A stretch of DNA of 64,000 nucleotides from Bigelowiella natans CCMP2755 (GCA_000320545.1 ADNK01002454.1:1-64000); one strand, 5' to 3'. Positions 24,333-40,090 are shown, counted from the stretch's first letter. Numbers and translations: made by a program. Notes: generated by a model from the sequence alone, not told the origin.

Positions 24333-27300
24333 TTATTGTACTTTTGTACTGCTGCTTCTTGAATGCAGATCTGGGATTTCGTCCTGGTTATCATTAAAGA
24401 CAGAGAAAGAAGCCAGAGCAATAAAAACCAGAAAAGAAAACTGGAAATAATTACTGAAACGAAGTCTTCAGATTTAAAATATTTTAATAATTACCTTAAG
24501 TGTATTTCCTCCCCCCCCCCCCTCCCTCCTCTCCCCCCTCTTTTTTGACGTTAGCCCTCCCCTTTAGCACTAATGATCTTGATTCTGCTTCTTGTACTTG
24601 TGCCAGTTATGACAATATAGAAGGGAAAAAGGCATTAAATGTCTTTGATACTGAAGCTGGAATAAATGAATTGCTTGATTCTGCCATTTCGGTTGGTATG
24701 GAGGATGATCTCGGTCTTGTAGAAGGGGGTTTAGAAGCTGTCTCAGATTTTATAGAACTCTCCCTCGGGGTAAGCTCATCTTTAGTTTTGCTATAAATTT
24801 TTAGTGACTTATGGGAATTATATTGAGCCGGAAATGGATTAAGAGGACGTCCAACATATGCTAAACGGAGAAATGGAGAAGTGACTCCCGCTGTGACAAG
24901 CTGAGTAAAAATTTACACACATTATTGCGAATTCAAGAGTAGAAAGCGGTTGTACGAACCATTTTATCCTTATCATTTTCATCCCTGCTCCTAATTTCTT
25001 CATCTTCACGAATACTTTCTTCATCGAGAAAATCATCACTGTCCACATCTGCTCCTGCAGAGTCAACCTCATCTTCGCTTGAAACATGCACATCGGAGGA
25101 TTTGATTCTGTAAAGAAAATATTCAAGAGAGAAGATAAACATAAACATCATTACAAGTGGACCCTCTTATTCACCTTCGTATCTTCGGCTTTATTCTTCG
25201 GTTTTCCAACTTCGATGACAAACGTAAGCTCTTATTTCCCAGTTGGTCGTTGAGAGTGTGCATTACTCTGGAACTTGGACCAACTGTGTTATGGTTGTGA
25301 AGATTATTTTTTATATTTGTCTGTGCATTGTATTTAGGGTCCATTTCAAATCTAAGTTTGCTCGGTTTGCTCCCTCGATTCTGACCGTGCCCATATATCT
25401 GTGCTACTGTGCTTGTAAGTGAAGAAGGGGACATCGGTTTGCCTCCTGAATATGCACTATGCATATCAACCCCTATGCTAATTTCGGATGATCTTGGAGA
25501 ATCTACTTCTTTTTCATTGGTATTGGAGCTATCGGTCGTTATCCCGCCATGGGAATATGAGCCAGAAAATGTAAAATGGCTGCTTCCACGTAAAGACGGT
25601 ATTAGGTCCGATTTACTACGATTCTTTCTGGATGATGCCCTTGGACCAGTTACCAAATCATTTTCTTCATATCTATCGAAGGGAGACTTCATTTTGCTGT
25701 CAAAACTGAAACCTGCTCCATCTATGGTGTGGGAGTGTTTGTGATCAATATGTTTACGGTCCCTGCTTTTCATGTTGGATGACGTATCTATACTCTGACG
25801 AGCTCCTCGAAAGTAGCTATACGGAGAATGAGAGCGTATCCCGTGAGTTTGAGACGAGTTTTTCTCGTTGCTTCTGCCATTTGAAGTTGTGTTTGCTGTC
25901 GCTTTAGGAGACTGGAACATGGAATTCGAGGTTTTCTTTTGGAAAAACCCATTTTATAAAATAAAACCCATATTTTAAGTAAACTACTATTCTAGGGATC
26001 AAACTATATCCTTAATGCTTAATTATCATACAAAGTTAATAGTACACAAAATTCAATGTTCTTACATCAAAAATAGCGGTGCTCACATCCCCCTAAAAAT
26101 TAAATGAGACTTCAATTTGTTAATTGCTAGTAAAGAACGGATTTACGTTAGAGGTCACAAGCCGTTTCAGGTGAGACGGTAAGATTGTTCTCCTCCTTTC
26201 ACCATCGTCACTGCTTGTCCCAAATTGCTAGGTAATAAATGAGTTTGGTATGTATTCAAATCATCATTGGTTTAGTTTCATACGTTAATATCTGTCTTCA
26301 CAGATTCAAGGTCCCCTCCTACGTCAGTCTGATGTGCACAAATGATTAAAGCCTCGTTCCCTTCACCTAAAAGGAAAAACCTACCAAGGTATCTACGGCG
26401 CTTGCAGTATCGGCTTCATCGCCATTCAGATACGTTACAGTCTCTCCAACCCTTTTAATGGATTCTACTGTATTTTCGAAAGCGTAAGGAAACTATGTCG
26501 CTATACCGTCGCCTCGCTTGAGGTACAACTCTTGTTCGTCTCCCGGAACCAAAATTGGGAGTCTTGTTATCATGTTACATTTTAGGTTTTAATGGTTTTT
26601 TAAAATAAACTTAAGTGCGAATACCAAGAAGCTATTCTGCAATTCCTCCAATTTCTACGTTTAAATTGCAAGAATTATAATAATTTCGAGAAACCTTTGT
26701 TCTCATACCCTTTTATACTCCTCCTTTTCTTCAACTGCTGATTGGAGAGCATTTTCTATAATTCGCAGTGATTCCGATCTGAATAACTTGCGTTAGTCTT
26801 GATTGAAAATAAACGTTACTCATATTGTGCAATTACCTCGCTGCAGCAAGCTTTAGGTAGCTTTTGGATTGGGCTGTTAATTTCGAGACTTTTTGGCGCA
26901 ATCTTCACCACACAATATTGCAATGAACAAATCAAAATAATATGAAACAGATGTTAACTTTTACTCTTCATTTTCGACAGCCTCGACACTCCCATATTTA
27001 TGAATTAGTTTTTGTTTCCCCCTAGTTAAATTGGAAATGCATGAGTAATCTGTTAAAAATTAAAAACGAAAAGATCACCGAAGCTCATCAAGTTGTAGAC
27101 TCATTGTCATGAATTCTTTACACTTCATCTTCAAATCTTCAATAAGTAAATCGTTTTGTCCTTCCAACTATATTAATGAGTTCTGTAATGTAACCAAATA
27201 TTGTTTGTTTTGTTCTTGTAACCTATTACCATTTTAATTTTCTTGCTTGTTTCTGTGTCTTCTTTCTCAGCGTCAATTTTAACCTATAATGAGAACGTGC

Positions 27301-29877
27301 CTGTGAAACTAAACTACAATTGCACACTATCGTCACCTTCTCGAAAGATGGAATGAAAGATTTTAATCTTTTCGTTAGGTCCTTTTCTTGGCTTTCAAGA
27401 TCACTTCTCAAAGCTGAATTTTTACTCTCCAACATTGTAAGCTGATCGTTTAGAGCTTGTTTCTCCAAACTCTACAAGAAATATGATTCAAGTGGTAGAA
27501 AAGTAAGGATGATTTTGAAACCTACTGAGTTCAATTGTAATATTTTTAAATCCTCCATTTGTTTTTTGAGGTGATCCTGAAGTTTTTTTTGCTCTTCTTC
27601 AGCAGTTGATAGCTCAACCTGAAGCTTTATATTTAGAAAAATCCTTATAGGCAAACAAAACTTCCCAAACCTTCAAATCGTGGACTTCTTCCTTTAATTC
27701 GTCTATTTCAGCCTGCATAGAATTTCTTTTCTCCATTAATTTTGTATACTTGAAGGCCAGACTTGGACCAGCAGAGAAAGTTTCCATGAGCTTTCTGGAA
27801 ATTAATTAATCGCTTTATCCAAGGTATTCGCTCACTGATGTATTGAAAACCTTTGAGAAGCTGACAATCTGGTAACTCCATTCCCAGATCTTAGAGCATC
27901 AATTAATATCTGCGAAATTCTTGTAATTTTTCGAATCCAAAGGTTAAAAATAAAACAAAAACCTCCTTTTGCTTCAACTGTTTCTCAGCTTCTGCCAAAA
28001 GTTGCTTGTACTCTTCAACGGTTCTATAACAGATATCTTATAGTCGAATATTCTGAGCAAAATTCTTACGATGTACCTCTCAGCATTAATTTTGGGCTTA
28101 TTTTTAATTAATTTGGCACGTTGTCCAAATCTCATCGAATTTAGAGTCTAAATGAAGATTTCTCTGTAGAAATTGAGTGGCCTCTTAATAAATGAATTAC
28201 CTCCTCAGCATTGTACAATGATGGAGAACATGTGACAATAAGGCACGTTTTCGCATTTCCTCCCAAACTGTCGCTGAGAAGCCTGGTTAACTTTGAATCC
28301 CTTTTGTTCCCAAATTGTACATTGTTTATCTTTCATTTGGACATGAGATGACATGATGACCTGTAAGGCACGTGCGATTTGTTTCCTGTGAGCGCATATA
28401 TCACATTTCCTAGACATGATAATGATTTGTTTATCATCTTTGCTTCGTCCAACGTTTTCCCTAGATACAATACAAATTCAGGAAACAATTAAATGCAGAA
28501 GCACAGTTTACTGGCACCTTTTGCCTCCGTTTTTCGTACTTTCTCTGACCCTGCTAGGTCAACTAGAAATACCTGGATTGTATCAATTTGTTAAAACAAT
28601 ATGTGCAATGATATTAATATGCAATCAAGTGCATGCATACCTTTGATTGTCGTTTAGAACCAGTTTGTCGATTTATTTGTGTTATCTTAAGGATAAACAC
28701 GCTATGACTACGACTTGATTCTGCATTCATTTTTGTACTTGCGACGTGCCTGAATTATATAATCAATTTAAATCATGTGTACACACACGCATCAATATAT
28801 ATATCTATATCTATATATATATATATATATAAATATTACATTAATGTGTTTCATATGTGTGTGGGTGTGTGTTTGTCTGTGTATGCACCATTGTGTGTAT
28901 AAACTTATGCCCATGTTGTTAGAACTTTTCGAGTACCGGTTGTTGGCTCCAGCCTCCATGGCCTTGTAAACCTTTGGAATTTAATTCATTTGAGGTTTAA
29001 AGTTCATTTCATAGCCTTGAACAATTGACCTCTGATTTATTTGCAACCCATACTTCTGTGACACTCTGTATAAATGTTCCTTTCTACGATAAATACCAAA
29101 ATCTCAATGACCATCATTCATTCGTCAGGTATGAGTAATATAACCGTTTTGCTTTCCCTTATCTTCAAATTCCCATTCTGATTTTTCGGGTTTAAGAGAT
29201 CTTTGATCTTCTCCATGTATATCTCGACGTATGATACTTGTATTTCATAATCGTATCTGTTAAATAAAGGAGAATCAAAATACGAACAGGATGCGCAAAT
29301 ACGCAAATGAATAACATTACTCTGGCTCGTCAGTGTTAACTTCACTTGAAATTCTGTCGAATATTTCTCCAACAATTCTAGGTATAATACCCTAAATAAA
29401 TAGTATATTTTCTAAGAGGAAGATTCGTCCACTTAGGTGTTTGAATACCGCATTTTCTGAACTATTTCCTCCTTTCATAGTAAACGACTTTCCAGTTCCT
29501 GTTTGGCCATATGCGAAGATAGTACAGTTAAAGCCCTTGAATACCTCTTCTACCATTGGGGCTGCTGTTTTGTTGTACACCTCAACCTGTTCAGGGTAAA
29601 GATATTAGAATGGAACTATGCTTTTAGTCTAAATGATTACTTGCGATGACTCCCAATTAAAAATTCTATCAAATTTAAATTTAGCATTCTTTTTGGAGGC
29701 CTTGCACTCTTGCAGTGCTTCCTCTGTTAGCTCGACAGATTCGATCTCATTTCCGCCAGGAAGTTTGCAGAATTGGACATTTATGGAGTACTTTGAATGG
29801 AGTCTTTCATTTTCGTTGAGTGGTCGAAAGCGAAGACATACTATAACACTCTCTGCGCCTGAACCTTTGTTGGCCAT
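24333..29877 (-). CDS. Kinesin motor protein, kinesin-1 (heavy chain)-like, N-terminal motor plus coiled coil and low-complexity tail
   Basis: [34 protein letters not shown] (P-loop), [86 protein letters not shown], followed by coiled-coil exons 26.2-28.0 kb. The 3' end is uncertain; the best stop is after [16 protein letters not shown] at 24333-24335. Confidence 0.9.
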
Positions 29878-30481
29878 CTTGTCTATGCCTGTGGCCTTCT
29901 TTTCACCTCCATTCTGAGGCTCAGTTGTACAAGTAGACCGTTTCTACATTGCGACATAGATTTTTCCTTTTGTATGAAGTTGTCGCGAAAGGGGTTTCTG
30001 CTATGAAAAACGATCATTTAAAGAACTTTCTGGGCATTGATTGTTTGCTCTTGTTAGTACTTGATGGCGGTTGTAACTTTTAGTGCACGATTTTAAAAAG
30101 TCTGTAATTTTGATCCTAGTTTCCAACCATTTTGTCAACTGAGAGTTAACCAAATGTTGTCGCCAAAAGGAAATGTAGTATTTATTTTATGCAACAAAAG
30201 TATCTAATGAATAAGATTCAAGTAGGTTTGTTTTTAGGGACAAAGGATGAGGTTCAACCGATATAATTCCAATGTATATGTCTTAAGAAGAGAATTCAAT
30301 GGGATTGTCTTGTTCGAGATTATTAAATAACGCTCCCCTGATCTTACATGCAGAGACTCAGAATTATACAGGCACCTCATGGATGCACGCAAGCATGTGT
30401 CAACTTAAAATCGAAGGAGGCCTTAGGCTTTACACTGTATTTGTTTATGTTCTCAGAATTTAAAGCAATTCGAAATTAAAA
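29878..30481. promoter_or_regulatory. Putative bidirectional promoter kinesin / Ggamma
   Basis: ~600 bp between divergent ATGs. GCGACA at 29951, TGTCGC at 29981 and 30158. Possible 5'UTR intron acceptor ttctcag at ~30456. Confidence 0.6.
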
Positions 30482-30906
30482 ATGAGCTTCGCCAGAAACC
30501 ACGAAAAGCACATTGCAGAGCTTAAAAAGGAAGCAGTCAAGCTGGTATGAACTGGACATGTCAATCGAGGCCAAGCTAATTCCATTAATTTCTACAGGCT
30601 GCAGAAATAAAGCTCATCCAACAGGCGCAAAAGCCAAGCCAAGCTTCATCTCAATTAATTCAATACATTCGAAAGACAAGCGTAGATCCTATAATGGCAG
30701 ATGATAACCCATGGTATTTGACAACAATGAGCAAACATTACATTTGAACCGTAGTGAGGTTTATTTGATTATGTCCTACTTTTCACAAAAGGCTTACAAA
30801 TTAAAGAATAGGTGAATTTTTGTATATTATTTCCCATGTTAATTTGTATTCCTTGCATTGGAATCTCAGGAAACCAAATAGATCTATCTGCTGTCTTGGC
30901 AATTAA
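30482..30906 (+). CDS. Heterotrimeric G-protein gamma subunit (GGL domain), 71 aa, 3 exons; not in ORF track
   Basis: Exons 30482-30544, 30598-30713 and 30870-30906 with GT-AG introns give MSFARNHEKHIAELKKEAVKLAAEIKLIQQAQKPSQASSQLIQYIRKTSVDPIMADDNPWKPNRSICCLGN*. It shows an N-terminal coiled coil, K.S.A...L..Y, DP, NPW and C-terminal cysteines, which is the Ggamma signature. Confidence 0.85.
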
Positions 30907-31129
30907 AGGATTAAAGTCCAGAGAGCTACAGTATCGCAAAATGTGATAGCTGATCTAACTTGTCTAGGATGAATTTAGTTTGTAAACTATTATTGCATGG
31001 TGTCCATGTTATATCTCTAATACTTGGCCATTTAATGGTCAATTCAACCTTATGAATGTTTATTTGTAGATTCATGTAAACAATTTGCTTTGTTCTCTCC
31101 ATATTCAATCTTCGACATTGAAGCAATGA

Positions 31130-31810
31130 CATTGAGGGCAAGTGTGTTGCAACTAGCGCTAGTTCAACTACATGACATTTGTCTGCATTCAGCACTTTCC
31201 CGTTTTCTAGTCTTCTCAAAATTCAGTGATGCAAGCTTGCGATCATTTTGATGCTAGAATGATGGAATGAACAATTTGTCTAAATGCTATGCTCACGTGC
31301 TTCTTGATTTTTGTTCATCAATGACCTGTGTGATGCTCTTGCGTTTCAGTCGTGCATTCGTCAAAACTAGAAAATTGTGTGCGCTAGCTAGCTAGCTTCT
31401 GGCATCTCTGGATCTAGCTCTAGAGCTAGATGGCTAGCTAGCTTGCTAGCCTCTCTAGCTCTACCTAGCTAGCTAGCTAGGCCTAGCCTGAACAGTGGCA
31501 CACACAGGATTCACATGACTCAATGCAAACTTTAGATCCAAACCATCTAAACCACGAAGCTGGATGCACTAGCTAGCTAGCATGCCATCCAAGTGGTTAG
31601 GTTGACTCGCCAAGTCCACACTTCTAGACTTTTTCCAACGCTAGTGCGCTTCTCTGCTAGCTCTTGGCATTCTAGCATTCTTGAATCCCTCATGCGAGAG
31701 ATGATTGAGTCTTCATTTAGAAGAGCATTAGTGCAACAAACTAGTGCCAGCGCCATTCCTAGAGGCCTACTAGCCTACACTAGTACATGTCTAGCATGCT
31801 AGCATGTTTT
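31130..31810. repeat. GCTAGC-rich spacer between convergent Ggamma and MAPK genes
   Basis: gcgctagctagctagc, ctagctagctagctaggcctagc and ctagcatgctagcatg. Confidence 0.88.
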
Positions 31811-32085
31811 TCAATCCCTAACAATGGATGGTGCAAAATCGCCCTCTTTGCGTGAAAGCAATTTTTTACTCATTATATGTTTAGATTTTCACATCAAAAT
31901 GTATTCGTTTTAAATTGACCTGGCTACTGATAAGAACATGTCTAATCATCCATCTAATTTGCTACAAATTACCGCAACCAATGGGACATGTGTTTCCATG
32001 ATTTGCAACTATATGTTGATAAGATTTTGGGCTTTAGGATAGTTCCGATCGGAGACCATCTTGTTTTTATCTCAGCAACATTAGC

Positions 32086-34148
<2,063 letters not shown>

Positions 34149-34475
34149 TGTTCTTCCTTCCAATTTTGCTTGAGAAATCGTCTTGGATATTTATGCACGT
34201 CCATACAACAACATCGTTTATGCCATATTTTTATTGCGACAACATCATGTGTTTGTCGTAGATAGATTAAGATGAAGTGAATTTGCCATGTGTTTTGGAC
34301 TTGCGACAAATACCCAGGGTTGTCGTACTTTTTCACAATCCACAGTGAGATATGGTCAGACTACGATTCGATCTGCTCTTGTGATGATGTGATAAAGGAA
34401 GGAGAGGGGACTGTGTGGGTTAGGAACAGAAGGGACTAAGAAGTCTTACCACTCTCATTGCCTTACCGACACATA
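34149..34475. promoter_or_regulatory. Putative bidirectional promoter MAPK / UFSP-like
   Basis: 327 bp between divergent ATGs. Two TTGCGACA-N12-TGTCGTA units (34234-34260 and 34301-34327). Confidence 0.65.
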
Positions 34476-36242
34476 ATGCAAGAAGAAATAAATGGGAATG
34501 GTTATGATGAGGACGCTGCGTTACAGCAAGCGTTAAAAGCATCACTTGAGACCGTAGAAGAGCAGAAGCCACAGGTGAGGAGATGCTATAATATATTTTT
34601 TATAGATCCTAGCTGCAAGATATCTCTCTTGTGCCATAATTGCGGTGGTTTACACATTTGGTACTACGTCTGTAAGGAAACTCTAAACCCGATTATGGGG
34701 TTGGTGGAATATTACCAAGAAAAAGTAAACAAAGTAGTACTAGCGGCTAATCAAGAATCCAAGGGGAGAAAAGACTTGCCCTCTCACCTTTTTGCCAGTG
34801 AAACGGACTTTTGGTAAAATGACTAACGTTGTGAATGCAGCTTCATAACTATCATTATTAGTTTCATTTGTTGGCAATCGTGGTCGTAGTACTTAGTAGT
34901 CAGAGTTATAACTCTTGTTATTCTCTAGGTACTACAATTGCATGGATGAGATGGATCGGGGCTGGGTAATCTGATGATGGCACACTACGAACAAAAATTG
35001 TGATGTTTCTCTTCTTTATCTCGATTTAGTAGTCGTTGTTTTCTTCCAAGCTGGTAGTTTAGCTGTACTTTGTCAGGGCTGCACGTATCGAGTGATGCAG
35101 ATGGTCTTCTCAAATCTACAAAAGTTAGTAGGCTGTATATTACCTATTAAATAAATCATTTTCACAGCCATCCCCTCAAGTTTATTTATTTCCTTGATTA
35201 GGCGAGGATTCTTGGACAACATAAAGATGCCTTCTTTGAGAGAAATTCAGCAGAGACTTGCGACTTTACCCGGTATTAAGTAGTTAAACCTTATGTGTTG
35301 ATGTGTGGACTCGCAAAAGCAAAAAATCTGCGAATTTCATTAGCTCTACAAGTAATGATAAAGCGTATATTTCTTCTTCTTCTTTCTTCTTCTTCTTCTT
35401 CTTCTTCTTCTTCTTTTTCTTCTGCTTCTTCTTCTTCAAATGTATTATATCAATTAGGGTATAACTCAAGTATTGTCGGTTCTAAGAAGTGGCTTGAGCC
35501 CCCTGATGCTAATAATTACTTCAAGTAATTAGCAGCGACAAATTGATGCAATAAAAGATGTCATAAACAGGGCCAGCTATCAGTTGTTCAAAACATTCGT
35601 TGTTTTATTATACTTCAGATCGTACAAGCTGGGTGGATATGACACAACATACGATTTTGCAAAGGAACGTCATGTCAATAAATTTTGGGAGGACCTGAAA
35701 TGTCATTTTAGCACTGTTCGCACACCTGTGATTGTGGATGATAAGGTAGCAGAATGTAATGGATGCATTATATCGTATCCTTTTGTCACCGCTGCTTGAT
35801 TCAATTGTTGCAATATTCAGTTTTCAACATACGGTGTTCTTGGTGTGGCTAGCAATGAAGGTATTTTGTTAATGAGTTTATAATCTTCCTCGAGTCTGAT
35901 TTGCTGTTTCTTTTCGTCAGGGAATAGAAAGGTTCTTGTTTTCGATCCGCACATGCATGTGAAGAAGACGATGACGATCGAAGACTTTGAAGAGCAAAGT
36001 GCGAAAAAAAAGGTACCTACATTACTAAATATAAAGGTTATGTGAAGAAATACTTTAACAGTACTCAGCAAATACTGAACGAAATGGATTAGGGAGGTTG
36101 GAGGACAATCGAGCTGCACTTTAAGCAAAAACTGTGGATGGTGTACTATCCCTTGGGAAGTGCCTCAACTAAGGAAGACCATGCTGCACAACGACGCAGT
36201 CGGCATGATTCATCAGATTGTAACTGTTGCATTCTAATCTAA
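34476..36242 (+). CDS. Peptidase C78 (UFSP-type) cysteine protease with N-terminal ubiquitin-interacting motif and C-terminal CaaX box
   Basis: Ten exons splice in frame. They give DEDAALQQALKASLE (UIM), YYNCMDEMDRGWGCTYRVMQM (UFSP Cys box), PSLREIQQRL, IVGSKKWLEP, HFSTVRTPVIV, VLVFDPH (Asp-Pro-His), GGWRT, and end SDCNCCILI* (36240-36242). Confidence 0.88.
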
Positions 36243-36329
36243 TTCATATGCAATTGTGAGCTATTGCATTATGAATACTTCTATACTCCATAATCCAATA
36301 ACGGGCACAATTTGAATGATGAAATGTGT

Positions 36330-37370
36330 GGCACAGCGCTTTACTTGCGTGCTGTGCGCATGCACGTGCTGCTGAACAGCGCTAGCAATGGAATTTCAGC
36401 ACATGCAGGGATGTCAGATGTTGTACAACTTAGATTATTATAATCACTAAAACTATGCAAAAAGTTGTTGCGAGCTGCGAGGCTATCTACTAGCTATTTT
36501 CGAAACATCACAATAAGCCTTTTTCTCTTAGTCTAGTAGTGGTGCCTAGCTAGCTAAGTGCAGTAGTAGCATGTATTCGTTGCATGTGCATGCTAGCATG
36601 CTAGAATGACTAGATGATAAGCCCAACATGCACAATAATGGCACACTGCTAGACTGCTAGCGCTACAACAAAACACACATTTGCGATTGGTAGCGCTAAA
36701 ATCAACTCTAGCCAAGTTTGTTTGTCAATGTGGTTCTCCATTTTTGCATGGTTGTGAGTGGGCGCGATATCTAGCAGTCGTCGGTGACACATAGACAAAT
36801 CTAGAAATTGAATGCGATATCAGCCACGCTAGCACGTTGTTCACAACCGACGTACATTGCAACATCCAAAGATCTGTGAGTTCATCATTGCGTGTGTGGC
36901 ACATCTAGATATGTCGGTGAGCATTGCGACACAGCGAGCTGTGCTGGCTGTGAGGTTTTCATTTGTGTCATTGCACGTGTAGTGACGAGTCGCAGCAACA
37001 TGGCAAATGAATGTGCCTCTATAGGCCTTCGCAATCTAGCTCTAGTTGGCAGTGACACGTACGCACACATGCTAGCATGGCATGGCATGGCATGTGTTTG
37101 TGTGGAAGTACGTAGCGCGCGGCGAAGCTTGTGACAAAAGCTGCGCCCCTCGCAGCAGCACGCATTCTGTGGTTTATGTAGGCATTTTTGCTTCGTTGTT
37201 GCTGTGTGTGCTGTATCGTAGTGGTGCATGTTGCAGTGCTAATTGGCGAAACATGCAAATGTTTAAATGGTACACATCGTTTTTCAATCTAGCTACTGCA
37301 TGCGCGTGCCGCTTGTGTATATATGTGCACATGTCAATGCCAGAATGCTATAATGCGCAAACATGACGTG
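36330..37370. repeat. GCTAGC/GCATGC-rich spacer between convergent UFSP-like and DDX55 genes
   Basis: gcatgtgcatgctagcatgctagaatg, cactgctagactgctagcgc and catgctagcatggcatggcatg. Confidence 0.85.
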
Positions 37371-37639
37371 CAACTATAATGACACAAGACTGCATGTGAT
37401 CATCAGCGGCAAGTTTGTAGACACTACAATGCGATGGACGAATTTGTCTGCACTAATATCCTGTGCGCCGACCAGTTTATGTGCGTCTAACTCCATACAC
37501 AGTGTACGTATAGCTTCAGCCATTGGTGTTGCTTTGTGGATTCACGAACAACAAACTACGATGCCCACATTGCATTGATAATATGCGAACATTATCAGAA
37601 CAAAATGATTGCCAAATCAAGAGTTCAATACAGATGTAG

Positions 37640-38850
37640 CTATTTATCAGTATACACATCGTCGTCATCTTCCGCTTCTTCTCCAACAGCTTTTAAGAAG
37701 TCTTTCTTCGACATCTTGCCCTTCTTCAGTTTCTTCATCATGTTGACCTAGATCATTAGAATGTTGTATCTCAAGAGAGAAAGAACAAAGCGTTGATAAT
37801 AAACCTATTAATATTCATATGATGATGCAGGAGTTAGGAGCAACCTCTCTTTGTAATTCTTCCCATTCACTCTTTATCTCTTGATGTACCTGCAGCAAAC
37901 GGTTAGGATGATGATGAGGATGATATTAAACAATAGATCAATGGTAACCACCCCCAGCAAGCACCGGTTTTAGGTCATTTTTTCACATGTTTCATATATA
38001 TTTTACCCGTTTTCGCCTACGTTTAGGCTTTTCTTTGCGTTTTTTCCGTTGTCTCTCGGCTTCTAACGCCTCGCGAGCTTTTCGCTCTTGTTCGTTCTTC
38101 TCTCTATATGCACACATTCAAGCAATCAGACCTTTGCTATAGCTTTCAGTGTAGACCGACTTACCTGCGTGCTTGCATATTCTTTAATCTTTGTTTTTCA
38201 CGATTTTTATCCTTGTACTTAATATCACGAGCTTTGATATTTAGGGGCGGCTTAAACTCTGTACGACACATGATGGTTTGTCAGAAGATTATTTTATTTG
38301 CTGATATTTGTAGGACTTTATACACACGCACACACCCGCATACAGACAAACAATTGAATATGTTGTGGCCATGTGAGCATACTCTTGACCACGATGCGAC
38401 GATTATAGTGAGGAAGGATGACAATGACAAAGAATTAAAAAAATACCGATTTTAAAATGCTTTATGTCTGGCATCTAAGTCGTAGAACAACAAGATATAA
38501 TATGATGATGATGATGATGATGATGATGATACAGTTTAAATTTATCAGGAATGATGATCATTCTATGGGATTTCTAGCAGCAGCATATATATCTCCGTTG
38601 TCTTCGTTATTATCTCCATTAATCTACTACTTACTTACCCTGGGAAAGAATAACAAACCATACCCTGATGCAATACCGGCAAAAGGAAGCATGCTGATTA
38701 GGAGAAAGGGGGGGGGGGGGGAGACAAGAACAACACACATAAAACAGCAAACGTTAAGTGTATATCAAGAGTAGAGAAAGAAGTTGTGCTATGAAAAGCC
38801 ATTGATATCAACAATGCTGCTTGCTCGTTGCTCCTTCTTCTTCTCCTTCT

Positions 38851-38885
<35 letters not shown>

Positions 38886-39717
38886 CATTCTTCCTATGCT
38901 CTACATCCATGTACTAGTAATAAGTGGTTAACACCCCAAAAAAGCTCATTATTATGCTTTGTTTGATACCTGAACATCATCGTGTACGCTAGTTCATGTT
39001 CCTTATACGCTCTCACGAATGACACAAACGCCCTGAATATTATTAAGGTAATTCATCCTCATATATCATAATAAAATTAACGATTAACCAAACTTAACAA
39101 GCTGCCAAAATGAATGGTACATGAGATGATTAGTACCTTTGGCCAAGATCCATAATCGCCCTATCTTTTGCGGCAAGCTTATGAACTTCTGATAAAGATA
39201 AAAGACGCTGCTGCTGCTGGTTCTTCTCGTCTGTATTTTCTTTCCCTCCTAATCCTCGAGTTTTTGAGCTGCTATTAGCCTTGCTCTCCTCTCCTCCCTT
39301 GCCTCCTCCTCCTCCTCCTCCTCCTCCTCCTCCTCCTCCTGCTGCTGCTGCTATTTCTGGTGGTGATATTGCTTCTTCGTTGTCTTGACGTGGAATTAGG
39401 GAAGAATAGCCACCAGTATCTAGATGAGATATAGGGACCTTGCGACTCTACTCCCGACATAATAAAACATGGGCAATTATTATTGGAAGTTGTGAATATG
39501 ATCATGATGATGATGATGATGATGATGATAATTCTTCTTCTTTTCGCCTGTAGCAGCTATTGTTTCCACTGCTACCGGTGACTACTACTACTACAACTAC
39601 TACTAATATAATATTATTAGTATGATTATTATTACCTTAAGGTATTCCGCATATCCAGTCTCTCCAGGCATCAGCATCACTACAGCACTACCACGCCGCC
39701 CAGCTCTGTAACGATAT

Positions 39718-39749
<32 letters not shown>

Positions 39750-39896
39750 GTATTATGACTAGTACAACAACAGTAGGTCCTTCCTTATCCTCTACCTACC
39801 TTGATGTTCTTCCAACACGATGCACGAAGAATGAGGGATCCAACGGGGGGTCAAACTAGTAGTAGTAGTAGTAGTAGTAGTAGTAACGTTGAACAC

Positions 39897-39937
<41 letters not shown>

Positions 39938-40056
39938 CAAGAAAAGGACTTGAGGTGGTGAGTGTACACGATTATAAATAGAATATCTGCTTTTGATGAA
40001 GATCATATTCACCACTCCTCCCCTTTTCTCATAAACCTTCTTTGACTACCAATCAC

Positions 40057-40090
<34 letters not shown>

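Noticed and set aside
36885-37366. Several Cys/Ala-rich ORFs in the spacer (also 23268..23462, 31593..31802, 2016..2207)
   Set aside because: The composition follows from TGC/GCA-rich DNA. No domain motif or splice-consistent structure, and no transposase or RT motif was seen.
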